This document shows positions 30,465 to 40,489 of a DNA stretch of 64,000 bases, piece after piece; position 1 is the first letter of the stretch, and each line of letters begins with the position of its first letter. Under the pieces are notes generated by a model. The model saw only the letters and a program-made list of their open reading frames with translations, was not told the origin of the DNA and made no database searches. The stretch lies in the NCBI GenBank assembly GCA_965213925.1, contig OZ243927.1, forward strand, positions 2,432,001-2,496,000, in the 5' to 3' direction. This DNA is from Trueperaceae bacterium. Its GTDB lineage: Bacteria; Deinococcota; Deinococci; Deinococcales; Trueperaceae. The position numbers were made by a program, and so were the translations under genes.

Positions 30465-30938
30465 ATGGATAAACTCAGCAGCCTCTTCGGGGGCGACCAG
30501 AACCGTCATGACGAGCTGCGCGACTTCGAGCGCCGCCACCGCGACAACCCGGACGACATCTCCGAAGAGGAGGCGGCGCGGCGCTACCGCGAGATGATGG
30601 CCCACACCCACGATGAGGACGAAGACGAGGAGATGCACCGCGAGTACGAGCGGGCCTTTTCGCAGATGTCGCCCGAGGAGCGGCGCACCTTGGCGCAGCG
30701 CTTTCAAGAGGCGCATCATGACAGCGACCGCTCCTATAGCCACCGAGAAACGCAAGACCTGGACCAAGCCAGCTCGCCGCGCTCGCTCGGACGCATGACG
30801 CGCCAGGCCGCACACAAAGACCCTGACCTGCTCCAGCAGCTCACCGGGCCGGGTAGCCCCCTGTCGGGCAGGGTCGGCAAGATGGCGATGTCCGGGCTCG
30901 CCGCCTACGCCGCCAAGCGTTTTCTAGGCCGCCGATAA
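30465..30938 (+). CDS. uncharacterised charged helical protein, paralog of 13677..14162
   Basis: shared RDFERR, EAA.RYREMM, DEDEE..REYERAFS, DPDLL.QL, GLAA.AAKRFLG. Confidence 0.85.
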   Translation: MDKLSSLFGGDQNRHDELRDFERRHRDNPDDISEEEAARRYREMMAHTHDEDEDEEMHREYERAFSQMSPEERRTLAQRFQEAHHDSDRSYSHRETQDLDQASSPRSLGRMTRQAAHKDPDLLQQLTGPGSPLSGRVGKMAMSGLAAYAAKRFLGRR

Positions 30939-31149
30939 GGTAGACGCTCGAGGCGTCGCAGCGGCGAGCATTCAGGAGGTCAGGGCGTAGGCTCTGACCT
31001 CCTCTCACGTCTCGAGGTTTAGCCGAGCATTGATGCGGCTGCTCTAGTGTCACGCCTAACGCGGTTGTTCTATGATGTTGAAGACGCTAAGGTCAACTTT
31101 ATACGCTTCTCGTCGCGGGCGAGCATCCACAGCAGCTCATAGTGCACCG

Positions 31150-32010
31150 CTACCCCTTCCGTGGGTCCAAAGCGTCCCTAAGGCCGTCACCCAGCAGGTT
31201 AAAAGCGAGCACGGTCAGAAAGATGGCCACGCCTGGCGCGACCGAGAGGTGGCGCGCCGTCGTGAGATACGTTCTGCCTTCGTTGATCATAGCGCCCCAC
31301 TCCGCTATAGGCGGTTGCGCGCCGAGCCCTAAAAAACTCAGCGTGGCCGCGGTCAAGATCGAGGTAGCGAGGCGCAACGAACCGTAGATGATGAGCGGGG
31401 AGAGGATGTTTGGGAGCACCGCCCAGGCTAGGATGCGCACGTCGCCTGCGCCGAGCGACCGCGCCGCGGTGACGTAGTCGCGCCCCCGCACCGACATGGC
31501 GGAGCCGCGGGTGATGCGCGCGAAGGTCGGGACCGAGAAGATGGCGACCGCCAAGATGACGTTGCCGAGCCCGGTGCCGATGGCAGCTACGATTGCAATC
31601 GCTAGCAGGATGCCCGGAAAGGCGATAAGCACATCCACGCAGCCCATGATCGGGCGGTCCAGCCTGGGGAAGTAGCCCGCGAGCAAGCCGAGCACTGTGC
31701 CGACGGCGAGCCCCAACAACACCGAACTCAGCCCGACGAAGAGCGAAATCCGCGACCCGAAGAGCACCCGGCTCCAGATGTCGCGGCCGAACTGATCGGT
31801 GCCGAGAGGATGTCCGGGGGTGCCGGGCGGCGCGAGCACCGCGCCGTAGTCCTGGAAGTAGGGGTCGGCTGGGGCGAGCCAGGGAGCGAAGGCGGCGCAG
31901 ACGAGGATGCCAAAGGTGAGCAAACCGCCCATCAGGAAGTGCGGGCTCCGCAACAGGCTCCTTAGAACAGGCGAGGTGACCCGCTTGAGAACAGCCGAGG
32001 GCAGCGTCAT
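31150..32010 (-). CDS. peptide/glutathione ABC transporter permease (DppC-like)
   Basis: LGTDQFGRDIWSR, LSFLGLG, FNLLGDGLRDALDPR. Confidence 0.92.
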   Translation of the reverse strand: MTLPSAVLKRVTSPVLRSLLRSPHFLMGGLLTFGILVCAAFAPWLAPADPYFQDYGAVLAPPGTPGHPLGTDQFGRDIWSRVLFGSRISLFVGLSSVLLGLAVGTVLGLLAGYFPRLDRPIMGCVDVLIAFPGILLAIAIVAAIGTGLGNVILAVAIFSVPTFARITRGSAMSVRGRDYVTAARSLGAGDVRILAWAVLPNILSPLIIYGSLRLATSILTAATLSFLGLGAQPPIAEWGAMINEGRTYLTTARHLSVAPGVAIFLTVLAFNLLGDGLRDALDPRKG

Positions 32011-32948
32011 CAGCTGTAGCGAATCTGCGGGTCGAGCAGGGCGTAGGAGAGGTCCGTCAGCAGGTTGACCAGCACGAAGGTCGTGGCGATGAAGATGACG
32101 CAGCCTTGGACCACCGCGTAGTCGCGGCTCAGGATGCTGTCGACGGCTAAACGTCCGATGCCGTTGATCGCGAAGACCGTCTCGGTCACCACCGCGCCGC
32201 CCAGCAGGTAGCCGAAGTTGAGACCCAGCACCGTGACCACCGGGATGAGCGCGTTTTTGAGGGCGTGTCGGTAGATCACCAGTCGCCTCGGGAGCCCTTT
32301 CGCCGTCGCCGTGCGCACGTACTCCTCGCCGAGCACCTCGAGCATGCCGCTACGCGTCAGCCTGGCGATCAGAGCGAGCCCCCCCGTGCCGAGGGTCAGC
32401 GCGGGGAGGACGAGCGAGCGGAGCCCCTCAACGCTCCACCACGGCTGCGCCAGGCCCGCCGCTGGAAACCACCGCAGGTCGACGGAGAACCAGACGATGA
32501 GCATGAGTCCGAGCCAGAAGTTCGGGATGGACAGTCCCACCAGCGCAAGGTTGCTCACCGCCAGGTCGGTGAGCGTGTCGCGCTTGGTCGCCGCGAGAAC
32601 GCCTAGAGGGATGCCCAGAAGGGTCACGAGAAGCCCGGCCACGGCGAGCTGCGCGGTGTTGGGCAGGCGCACGAGGATCATGCTGAGGACGCCTTCGCGC
32701 CGCTGCAACGACTCGCCCAAATCGCCCTGGAGCAGCCCGGCGAGGTAGGTCAGGTACTGCGCCGGGAGCGGCCGGTCGAGGTTGAGCCGCTCGCGGATGT
32801 TGGCGATGTCTGTCGCGCTCGCGGTCGGGCCGCCGATCAAGACTGCAGGGTCGCCCGGCGTCAGGTGCAAGATGAGAAAGGTCAGGAGCGAGACCCCGAG
32901 CAGGATCGGCACCGCTTCGAGCAGGCGGCGCAGCGTGTAGGTCGTCAC
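32010..32948 (-). CDS. peptide/glutathione ABC transporter permease (DppB-like)
   Basis: TPGDPA, SIPNFWLG, YVRTATAKGL, HALKNAL, LLDPQIRY; GTG start at 32948. Confidence 0.92.
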   Translation of the reverse strand: MTTYTLRRLLEAVPILLGVSLLTFLILHLTPGDPAVLIGGPTASATDIANIRERLNLDRPLPAQYLTYLAGLLQGDLGESLQRREGVLSMILVRLPNTAQLAVAGLLVTLLGIPLGVLAATKRDTLTDLAVSNLALVGLSIPNFWLGLMLIVWFSVDLRWFPAAGLAQPWWSVEGLRSLVLPALTLGTGGLALIARLTRSGMLEVLGEEYVRTATAKGLPRRLVIYRHALKNALIPVVTVLGLNFGYLLGGAVVTETVFAINGIGRLAVDSILSRDYAVVQGCVIFIATTFVLVNLLTDLSYALLDPQIRYS

Positions 32949-32965
32949 GCTGGGACCCGCGCCAC

Positions 32966-34471
32966 TTACTGCGTCGTCGCGCTGGCGACCGACCAGTCGC
33001 CGTTCGGCAGCACCGTCAGACCCGAAACCGTGTCGCGACGCGCGACCAGCACGTTGCCGTGGTAGAGCGTCACCCAAGCGTTTTCCTCGATGAGGAGCCG
33101 GTTGGCCTGGTCGAGAAAGTCCGCGCGCGCCGCCTGGTCGGTGGTGGTGCGGCTCTGGCTAATGAGCGCGTTCGCCTCCTCGTTGGCGTACGCGGAGCGG
33201 TTCGACGAGCCCACGTTGTCCGCGTGCAGGTTCGGGTAGAGCAGCTCGCTGCCGTCCGCCGTGACGTTGCTCCAGCCGAGGAGGTAGAGGTCTTGCTCGT
33301 ATTCGCTGGTAGCTGCGAGGTAAGCCCCCCACTCGAGCGTATTGATCTCGACCTCGAAGCCCGCCTGGCTCAGCTGACCTTGCACGACCTGCCCGACGCG
33401 CGGGTAGTCGCCGAGGTTGGGCACCCAGAGCGTGATGGGGCGGGTCTCACCGCCGGTGGCCTGGTTCCAAAGCTCCTGCGCATTCTCGGGGTCGTAAGGG
33501 GTGCAGACCTCTTCGACCCCTTCGTCGTAGCCGAAGACCTGCGGACCGATAATGCTACACGACCCTTGGGCCAGCGGGTCGAGCAGCTGCACGAGGACGT
33601 CGTCGTTAATCGCCGAGGCGATCGCCTGCCGCGCCTCGGGCTGCTGCCAGGTGGCGTTCTGGTAGTTGAATCCGAGGTAGAACACGGGGGTCCCCGGCTG
33701 GGTGAGCACCTCGACCCCGGCGGTGTTTTGAAGCTGTCCGACCAGCTCCGGGGGTAGCGTATCGGTCAGGTCGATGTCGCCCCGCTGTAGCAGGGCCACC
33801 TGCGTGTTCACGTCGGGCACGATGCGGACGACGAAGCTGTCGAGGCTCGGCGCGTCGCCCCAGTAGTCCTCGTAGCGGTTCATGACGATGCGCTCGCCCG
33901 AAAGCCACTCCCCTAACTGAAAAGGACCCGTACCGACCGGGTTGCGCATCAGGTCGCCGTACTCCTCGACGGCGCTCGGGCTGACGATCGCGGCGTTCGT
34001 GTGCGCGAGGGCCGCCAAGAACGCGCCGTAGGGCGGGTCGGTGGTGATGCGCAGCGTCGTGTCGTCGACGACCTCGATGCTGCTGATGGGCTCGAGCAAG
34101 CTCGCACGGGGCGCGCCCACCTCGGGGTCCATAATGCGCTCGAAGGTGAACTTAACCGCCTCGGCGTTGAAGGGCGTGCCGTCGTGGAAGGTGACCCCTT
34201 CGCGCAACGTAAAGACCCAGGTGGTGTCGTCTGGTGTTTCCCAGGAGGTCGCGAGCCAGGGCTCGAGTTCCAATGTCTCGGGGTTGCGGCGCACCAGGTT
34301 CTCGTACATGTGCCGGGTCGCGACCGAGGACACCTGGTCATTCGTCAGCACCGGCGACAGCCCGACAGCGTCAGCTTGAGAGGCGTAGGTCAGAGTGCCT
34401 TGGGCGTGGACGGAAGCGCCGAGGAGCATGGCGCAGGCGAACGTGCAGAGGGGGATCGTCAGCTTTTTCAT
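32966..34471 (-). CDS. ABC transporter family-5 substrate-binding protein (GsiB/DppA-like)
   Basis: signal peptide, LREGVTFHDGTPFNAEAVKF, PVGTGPF; start MKKL at 34471. Confidence 0.92.
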   Translation of the reverse strand: MKKLTIPLCTFACAMLLGASVHAQGTLTYASQADAVGLSPVLTNDQVSSVATRHMYENLVRRNPETLELEPWLATSWETPDDTTWVFTLREGVTFHDGTPFNAEAVKFTFERIMDPEVGAPRASLLEPISSIEVVDDTTLRITTDPPYGAFLAALAHTNAAIVSPSAVEEYGDLMRNPVGTGPFQLGEWLSGERIVMNRYEDYWGDAPSLDSFVVRIVPDVNTQVALLQRGDIDLTDTLPPELVGQLQNTAGVEVLTQPGTPVFYLGFNYQNATWQQPEARQAIASAINDDVLVQLLDPLAQGSCSIIGPQVFGYDEGVEEVCTPYDPENAQELWNQATGGETRPITLWVPNLGDYPRVGQVVQGQLSQAGFEVEINTLEWGAYLAATSEYEQDLYLLGWSNVTADGSELLYPNLHADNVGSSNRSAYANEEANALISQSRTTTDQAARADFLDQANRLLIEENAWVTLYHGNVLVARRDTVSGLTVLPNGDWSVASATTQ

Positions 34472-34577
34472 CTGTAACCTCCAGAGGTCGAGGGTTGAGG
34501 GGAACGTCAACCGCTGAAGGGAGGCTAGGGGTCCTCGTTGCGCCTGATACGGCGCACCACAGCCTCTACGTATTCGC

Positions 34578-34766
34578 TCATGCGCGCCCTAGCTGACGCG
34601 TGGCGTTCTGCAAACTCGTCCAGGAAACGCGGAAACGCAAGGCAGGGTCGCGTTCAGCGGGCAGTTTCTGCCCAGCAAGGAGGACGCTCTCGCGGTTAAG
34701 GGGGATGCGTTGGTCCGCGACCGCATCCGTCAACTCTGCTCGTTTGACGCTCGAGGGTTCTAGCAC
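34578..34766 (-). pseudogene. GntR/FadR-family regulator, HTH remnant
   Basis: AGQKLPAERD.A.RF.VS..SL..A degenerate wHTH with no effector domain; FadR-like GGTCAGACC palindrome at 34792-34800. Confidence 0.65.
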
Positions 34767-35430
34767 CGAGCTGCACCTCTTTCGGTCGAAGGGTCAGACC
34801 ACTGTTGAGTTGACCACAGTGTATAAGAGGCGTTCTGAGACGTCAAGGAGTGTCGGCCGCGCGGGCGGTTTTGGGCAGGTTGTCTAGCCGCGACACCTTG
34901 AAAGCGCCGTCTCGCGCTTCAACCTTCGGTCTTGGCATCCTATAGTGCACTTTTATAGAGGTTCATGAGCGCTTTGCTTTAGTCATAAGCCCTAGGTCAA
35001 ATTGGCCTGTCCACAGCGGGGTTACCGACTTCGGGTTGTCGAAAGTTTGCTACCTCATTTGCTAAGCTGGCTTTTCTTGTCTCCAACGTATAGCAGCGAT
35101 GGAGAGTTTTACGGCGAATTAGTGTAGTAAGTGCTCAGCTCGCGTTTTAGCGTTACCAATACGGTTGATCGACCAAGTGAGTAACGAGAAATTAAGTGGA
35201 TGATCCACTGCTGGTCTATCCAGTTAATTCCGCGCATATTTGGAGAGCAGCTTTTTATGTTACCAGCACTGAATAGTAGAAAAGGTTTTGTGACGAACTT
35301 ATAAGATGATCCACTGCGCGACGAACGCGCGCGTTCGTCGCAGACACACGGTCATTCACCCTCAGCGTTCCGAGCGATTACGCTTATGACATGATAAGCT
35401 CCCTCAACTTTGTGTTGAAAGGAGCGCATC

Positions 35431-36106
35431 ATGGCACTTCGAGTCATCGGCGCAGGCACAGGACGGACCGGCACCATGTCGCTCAAGCTCGCCCTGGAGC
35501 GACTCGGCTTTTCCAGGTGCTACCACATGGTCGAACTGCTCAGGCACCCCGAGGACGTGGTCCACTGGGAACGCGCGAACAGGGGCGAGCCGGTGGACTG
35601 GGACACGCTCTTCGTAGGCTACCGGGCGACTGTGGATTACCCCGGCTACCTCCACTACCAGACACTCATGCAGCGCTATCCCGACGCCAAGGTCATCCTC
35701 ACCGTGCGTGACCCCGAAGCCTGGTATGAGAGCGCTTTAGCAACCATCTACCGCGCCGAGCCAAAAGCTCAAGATGGGCCTCGCGCTGCCTTTCTCCCCG
35801 AAGCTGCGCAAGCTCCTGCGGGTGTTCCGACTTTCAGGTGAGGTCTGGGAGCGGGAGTTCGAGGGCAAATTTGAGGACAAGGACTTCGCAATAGCGAGGT
35901 TTGAGCGGCACAACGAAGCGGTCAAGCGCACTGTACCCGCCGATAAACTCTTAGTCTACGAGGTCGGGCAGGGATGGGAGCCGCTCTGTGAGTTCTTAGA
36001 GGTGCCCGTGCCGGACACGCCCTTCCCACGCTCGAACGACCGGCAGGCGTTCCAGGCGCAGCGGCGGCGGGGGCTGCGGGCGCTGCTCAGGGGCGAAATC
36101 GCTTAA
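35431..36106 (+). pseudogene. sulfotransferase-family protein, frameshifted near 35762
   Basis: VIGAGTGRTGTMSL, CYHM, DAKVILTVRD in 35431..35841; HNEAVKRTVP, GWEPLCEFL, PFPRSN in 35774..36106. Confidence 0.8.
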
Positions 36107-36235
36107 TACTATCCCCCGCGCAAAAGGAGAACGGCAAAAAGAGGTGGCGTTCAAAGCCTTCTGCGTCAGACGCGCGTCTCTCACCTTAAAGAAGCCCTGC
36201 GCGCCTAAAGACCCACGCGGTGTATAACTTAGTAG

Positions 36236-37021
36236 GTGTCTGAAATGTTCGTCCGACCCGGTTCTATAGTCCGCCGCGTGTGGAGCGACGTCGACCTCGT
36301 GCTGCTCGTCTTCGCGGGCGCTGCCGCCGAGTTCGCGCTCAACCGGGCGGTCGACTGGCTGTTCTTCACCGGCAGGGTGCCCGCCGACCCGTTAGGGCGA
36401 CTCCTTTCGACGGCGGCTTACGCTCAGCGCATCGTTTTGGCAGACCGCGTAGACGCCGAGCGTACACTCGCTACGATCCGCGCGGCTCACGCGGCGGTCG
36501 AACAAAAACGGGGAGCGCACATCCCGGACTGGGCGCACCGGGACGTACTCTATTTGCTGGTGGACTATTCGGAGCGGGCTTACGCCTCCCTCCACTGTCC
36601 ACTGAGCGCCGCCGAGCAGACGGAGCTGTGGGAGGTGTTCCGCCGGGTGGGTATGGGTCTGGGCATCTCTGAGTTGCCGCGCCACTACGCCGACTATCAG
36701 GCGGATAGGGAGCGGCACTTAAAGCGGGACTTGACCTACGGTGAACATAACGCAGCGCTGTACGCCTCCTACCGCCGCCACCTGGGACCGTGGCGCTACG
36801 CGCTGCTGCGGCAGGTCCAGGCTGCCTTGGTCCCCGAGGAGGTTCGCTGCTCCCTCGCGCTACCGCGGCGCGCATGGCTGCGCAAGCTGCTCCCGCTCTA
36901 CCCCGCGCTCGTCAAGTTGGGGCTCCGTTCTACTTTCCAGTGGGCACTCATTCCTCCCGACCACCTGGCTGCGGTGCAGCGCCTCGACCGCCCGGACGTG
37001 CGGCGGGAGCGAGGTGGCTAG
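36236..37021 (+). CDS. oxygenase MpaB/DUF2236-family protein
   Basis: SIVRRVW, GAAAEFAL, DPLGRLLST, IRAAHAAVE; TAACTT 5 nt before GTG. Confidence 0.7.
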   Translation: MSEMFVRPGSIVRRVWSDVDLVLLVFAGAAAEFALNRAVDWLFFTGRVPADPLGRLLSTAAYAQRIVLADRVDAERTLATIRAAHAAVEQKRGAHIPDWAHRDVLYLLVDYSERAYASLHCPLSAAEQTELWEVFRRVGMGLGISELPRHYADYQADRERHLKRDLTYGEHNAALYASYRRHLGPWRYALLRQVQAALVPEEVRCSLALPRRAWLRKLLPLYPALVKLGLRSTFQWALIPPDHLAAVQRLDRPDVRRERGG

Positions 37022-37140
37022 CGCGGCAGGGCTGATGTGAGTAGCAGAAGGTCTCTACATGCGACCGAGTGGGGGTGGCTTGGAGAGGCAAAGGTCAGGG
37101 TGAAGGTAGGAGCATCACCTCTAGGAGATTATTCCTAAGC

Positions 37141-38058
37141 TCAAGAGCTCACCGGAGGCTGCAATTGGACGAGTAAGAAGCCCGCCTCGGACGGGTCGCG
37201 TAGGGCACCCCGCACGATGACGTCGCCGCCCTCGAGCGCCGCGCGCACCTCGCCCAACCTCACGTTGCTGCCCGTCGAGGTGCGGAAAGCAGCTCGGAAG
37301 CCCGAGCTTCCGCTCAGCAAGTCGTCTAGGGGACCGAGTGTTACCGAAAACTGGCCCTGCTGAGCCTCCTCTGGCGTGATCCTGAGCGCGAAGAGGTTCG
37401 GCGTACGTTCGGCTAGACGGGTCGCTAAGGTCTGCTCGAGCCTCGGAATTTCCGAGTGGTCTGCGTCCGAGGGTGTGAGGTCCGGTCCGCCTCCCGCACA
37501 CACGCCCTCGCGCCACACTTCGCTACTTTGCATGGCGTCGATCAGCAACTGCCCGTGCAGCAGTTCGTGGTAGACCAGTGTGCGGTCGGTGAGCGTGTCC
37601 AGCGGAGACAGCGCGCCGCTGTCTGTTCCAGTAAGAGCCGCCGGGTCGAAGGCGAGGACGTTGTCGAAGGTGATCGTCTTTTCCTGCGGTCCGGTCCGCA
37701 CGCTGCCGCGCCAGAGGTAGACGCCCGCTCGGTCGCTCGATTGCGCCTGCAGCGCACTATCCCACTGCTGCAGCGTCGTGGTGACGGTGATAGAGACGGT
37801 CTGCACGGCGCTTCCTTGGGGACAGTTGATCGAGAGGTTGAGCGGCTGCGAGAGGCTCCTCACGACCTCGCTCACGTCAGCGGGCAGGGGCAAGCGTTGC
37901 AGGTCGGACAGCACGCGCTCGAAGGTTTGCTGCGTGCTCTCAGGGGCGGATTGTGCGGACGTTGAGCCTAGAAGAAGCAGGAGCGCGACGCTTATACTAA
38001 AGACTCGAGCCCTGATCCTTAGGCGTTGCCCTACCCATTGACTCACCCCTCTCGCCAC
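37141..38058 (-). CDS. hypothetical secreted protein with an HExxH motif
   Basis: hydrophobic signal segment ..VALLLLLGSTSAQ and VYHELLHGQ; start uncertain. Confidence 0.65.
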   Translation of the reverse strand: MARGVSQWVGQRLRIRARVFSISVALLLLLGSTSAQSAPESTQQTFERVLSDLQRLPLPADVSEVVRSLSQPLNLSINCPQGSAVQTVSITVTTTLQQWDSALQAQSSDRAGVYLWRGSVRTGPQEKTITFDNVLAFDPAALTGTDSGALSPLDTLTDRTLVYHELLHGQLLIDAMQSSEVWREGVCAGGGPDLTPSDADHSEIPRLEQTLATRLAERTPNLFALRITPEEAQQGQFSVTLGPLDDLLSGSSGFRAAFRTSTGSNVRLGEVRAALEGGDVIVRGALRDPSEAGFLLVQLQPPVSS

Positions 38059-38237
38059 GCCTCCTCGTCGTGCTTCTCGAAGTTGCTAAAGGCCATGAGC
38101 CCCTCTATGACCTCCGCCGAGGTCTCGAAGAGCGCCTCGGTGCGGGGGTCTTCAACCTTGCCGACGTCTTCTCTCAGGTGAATTACTAGCTCCACACCTT
38201 TGATCTTCTGCGTGTGCTGTTTTGAACCGTCTGCCAC
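38043..38237 (-). CDS. small conserved hypothetical protein, possibly eroded
   Basis: HLREDV.KV.DP...ALFETSAEV..GL..AF..F....E.AWR resembles a family I recognise only as hypothetical; AAGGAG SD. Confidence 0.5.
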   Translation of the reverse strand: MADGSKQHTQKIKGVELVIHLREDVGKVEDPRTEALFETSAEVIEGLMAFSNFEKHDEEAWREG

Positions 38238-38838
38238 CGTTTGCGCTCCTTTGCTGACGCTTTAGGGCGTTCCGCCTGACCTGGCGAGGTTGTTTTGCCC
38301 AGCGGATGCGTAGCTACTTCGTACACCATTGGTATTCGCGGAGAAGCCCTTAGCGAGAGGTTAAGCTTCGCGCGGTCATCTTTCAACGCGTATAAATAAC
38401 GACCTCAAGTGCGTCGCGTGGACCCTAGAACGGGCAAAGCGTCACGCGTGGCGCGTTCCCGCTAGCGCCCCTTTGGGGCTAGTTCGCTCCCGCTAGGTGC
38501 TAAAGGCTCTTTTCCGCTCGGCTAAGGTTAGCATAGGTAACCAAGTGGTCCGCCGTTGGCGGTAACCTGCGTGTGTCAACCTTGCCTGAAAATGCTACTG
38601 GTATCAGAGTCTACCTCTCGGGCGAGAACTGTTGGGTCGTTCGCTGAACAACCTCGGGCTGAGCGAACACTCCGTTTTCTAACCTCCGAGTGACATTTCC
38701 GACTTCGCAGGCATCTTGTGTTGTCGCTTCTCTTCCAGAATTCAGCCCTAAAGGGATAAAATGGTCACTTGTATTTGTGATGAAGTACGCTGCAACTACT
38801 CTAATTAGACCAGTTTAGCAAGTATGTAGGAGGGCAAC

Positions 38839-39282
38839 ATGATCACACAGATGCGCGAACCCGCGAAGCTATCTACCGGTGTAACTGGGCTCGACGCGAT
38901 CCTAAACGGCGGTCTGCCGCGTAACCGCACCTTTTTGCTGCAGGGCATCCCCGGCACCGGCAAGACCACCCTCGGGCTGGAGTTCTTGCTAGCTGGGCGG
39001 GACGCAGGCGAGCGCGCCTTGGATGCGCGCGCCGAGGAGGTCCGCCGCCGCATCGGGCAGGACCTTCACGACCGCGTCGTTCAGGGCATTTTGGGCATCA
39101 AGATGGTCGCGACCAACTTGCATAAGAGCTTCCGGCGGCGCGGTCTACCTGAAGCCGCGTCCTTAGAGGAGCTAGCTGATCTTGCGGGCGACGTCAACCT
39201 CGACCTGCGGCGCTCGATCAACGAGCTCGTGTCGGCCCGCGTGTCGGCCCTGGCGTGCGCGCGACCTGAAACGACACCGTGA
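38839..39282 (+). pseudogene. KaiC-like ATPase N-terminus fused to a HisKA_3 kinase fragment
   Basis: STGVTGLDAILNGGLP..GIPGTGKT..GERAL joined in frame to RRRIGQDLHD; the rest of both domains is absent. Confidence 0.72.
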
Positions 39283-39530
39283 GCGCGATGATGAGCGAAT
39301 TCGCAAAATACGTCAAAAGTCGCGCCGTTTAAGCATCTCGGCGTAATTGGCGAGCGTGAGGTCGCCTAGCTGCGGAAAGAGCCGACTTGCTGTAATCGCC
39401 TCGCTCGTTTTGAAGCTGGACAAAATGAGCCAAACGATAGGCGCGAGAAAAAAGGCGAAAAAGACGAGCGTACCGAGATCGACAAAAACCTTTGTTACCT
39501 GCGTTAGGGGAGCAGGGCGTGGATTATCTA
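39265..39530 (-). pseudogene. carbohydrate ABC permease (MalG-like) N-terminal remnant
   Basis: FLAPIVWLILSSFKT, TLANYAEML, then YFANSLIIA after a frameshift. Confidence 0.7.
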
Positions 39531-39912
39531 ATTGGACTTATGGGAGATGAGCGCCCACCCTCGCATCAGCGCGTGCTCTATCCAAGTCTAATCGAGCGGC
39601 TTAGTGTCGCGGTGGACTTCGCTTAAAACCTTGGTTCTCCCGCATAAACCGTGTTTGAGTAACGGCGTTTCGGCCGAGTCGAAGAGACTTATTTAGGAAC
39701 AGTTGAATACCCATGCTGAGCTGTGGATCAACCCTCCCTACCGCACTGCGTTGCCGAAGAAGTCAACTCAGATAGAGGCAGCTTTCGCGTGGTTGCTCGC
39801 AAGCAGTCACGAGCGCTTTGCGCGGAACTGCCGTCAGTAAGTACTCGTACTCATTTAAGTTAAACCAAGAAGCGCTCTCAAAATATGAATCTCGGCGCTG
39901 CTCACGAATGAC

Positions 39913-39975
39913 AGAGAACGTTTCGGCGTGGTAGGGGCGGGTTTCAAACCCTACGGAGCAGCGCTGCTTGCGCAA
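39913..39975. repeat. GTAG REP-containing element, inverted copy of 56050-56118
   Basis: agagaacgtttcggcgtggtaggggcgggttt is the reverse complement of about 56087-56118. Confidence 0.75.
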
Positions 39976-40047
39976 TACTTCGGGGTAGTTAAAACTAACT
40001 TTGTAGGAGTACTTATAACAGTATAAATTGCCAAAAACCAAAAGAAC

Positions 40048-40148
40048 ACCCCGCCAGGTTTCAGCGGCACCTGACGATCACCTCTTATGGCTGCTTCTTC
40101 CGACCTGACCAGGTTCGAGGGTCGCCACCGCGCTGAGCCGACGGGGTT
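40048..40148 (-). ncRNA. ffs: signal recognition particle RNA (4.5S)
   Basis: long hairpin ccccgtcgg...ctggcgggg containing gaacctggTCAGGtcGGAAgaAGCAGcc; TTGCCT-18-TATTCT promoter at 40184-40155. Confidence 0.9.
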
Positions 40149-40194
40149 AGGTAGAGAATAACACATGCTCCTTAGGTGAGGCAAAGGGACGCGA

Positions 40195-40488
40195 CATCCG
40201 GTTGTTTACGCAGAACTCGCGGCTTCGCCCAACCGTGGAGGGATTCAAGCGTTTTTAGAACGTGCAAGTATTAACGTTGTATGGGTTTTGCCGCCAGACG
40301 TTTGGGAGAGGTCAGGAATGGCATCTGGAACTCCCGCCGAAAAGCGGCGTGGTGGCATGCTTCCGCGTCGTATTCTAGCGGATTTCGTCATTGCAGCGCA
40401 CGCGGAATATCACGACCTCGCTATGCTCACCTTCGACGAAACGATCTATAACGCTGTGTTTTCCGACCTGACTGTGGTCAGCGAATGA
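40195..40488 (+). pseudogene. PIN-domain (VapC-like) toxin, 5'-truncated
   Basis: PVVYAEL, RRILADFVIAAHA, LTFD; in-frame stop upstream and no N-terminal DT motif. Confidence 0.72.
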
Positions 40489-40489
40489 G

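Noticed and set aside
21000..40148. Genomic island integrated at ffs
   Set aside because: No duplicated ffs end or integrase found; only a 10-bp chance match near 29016.
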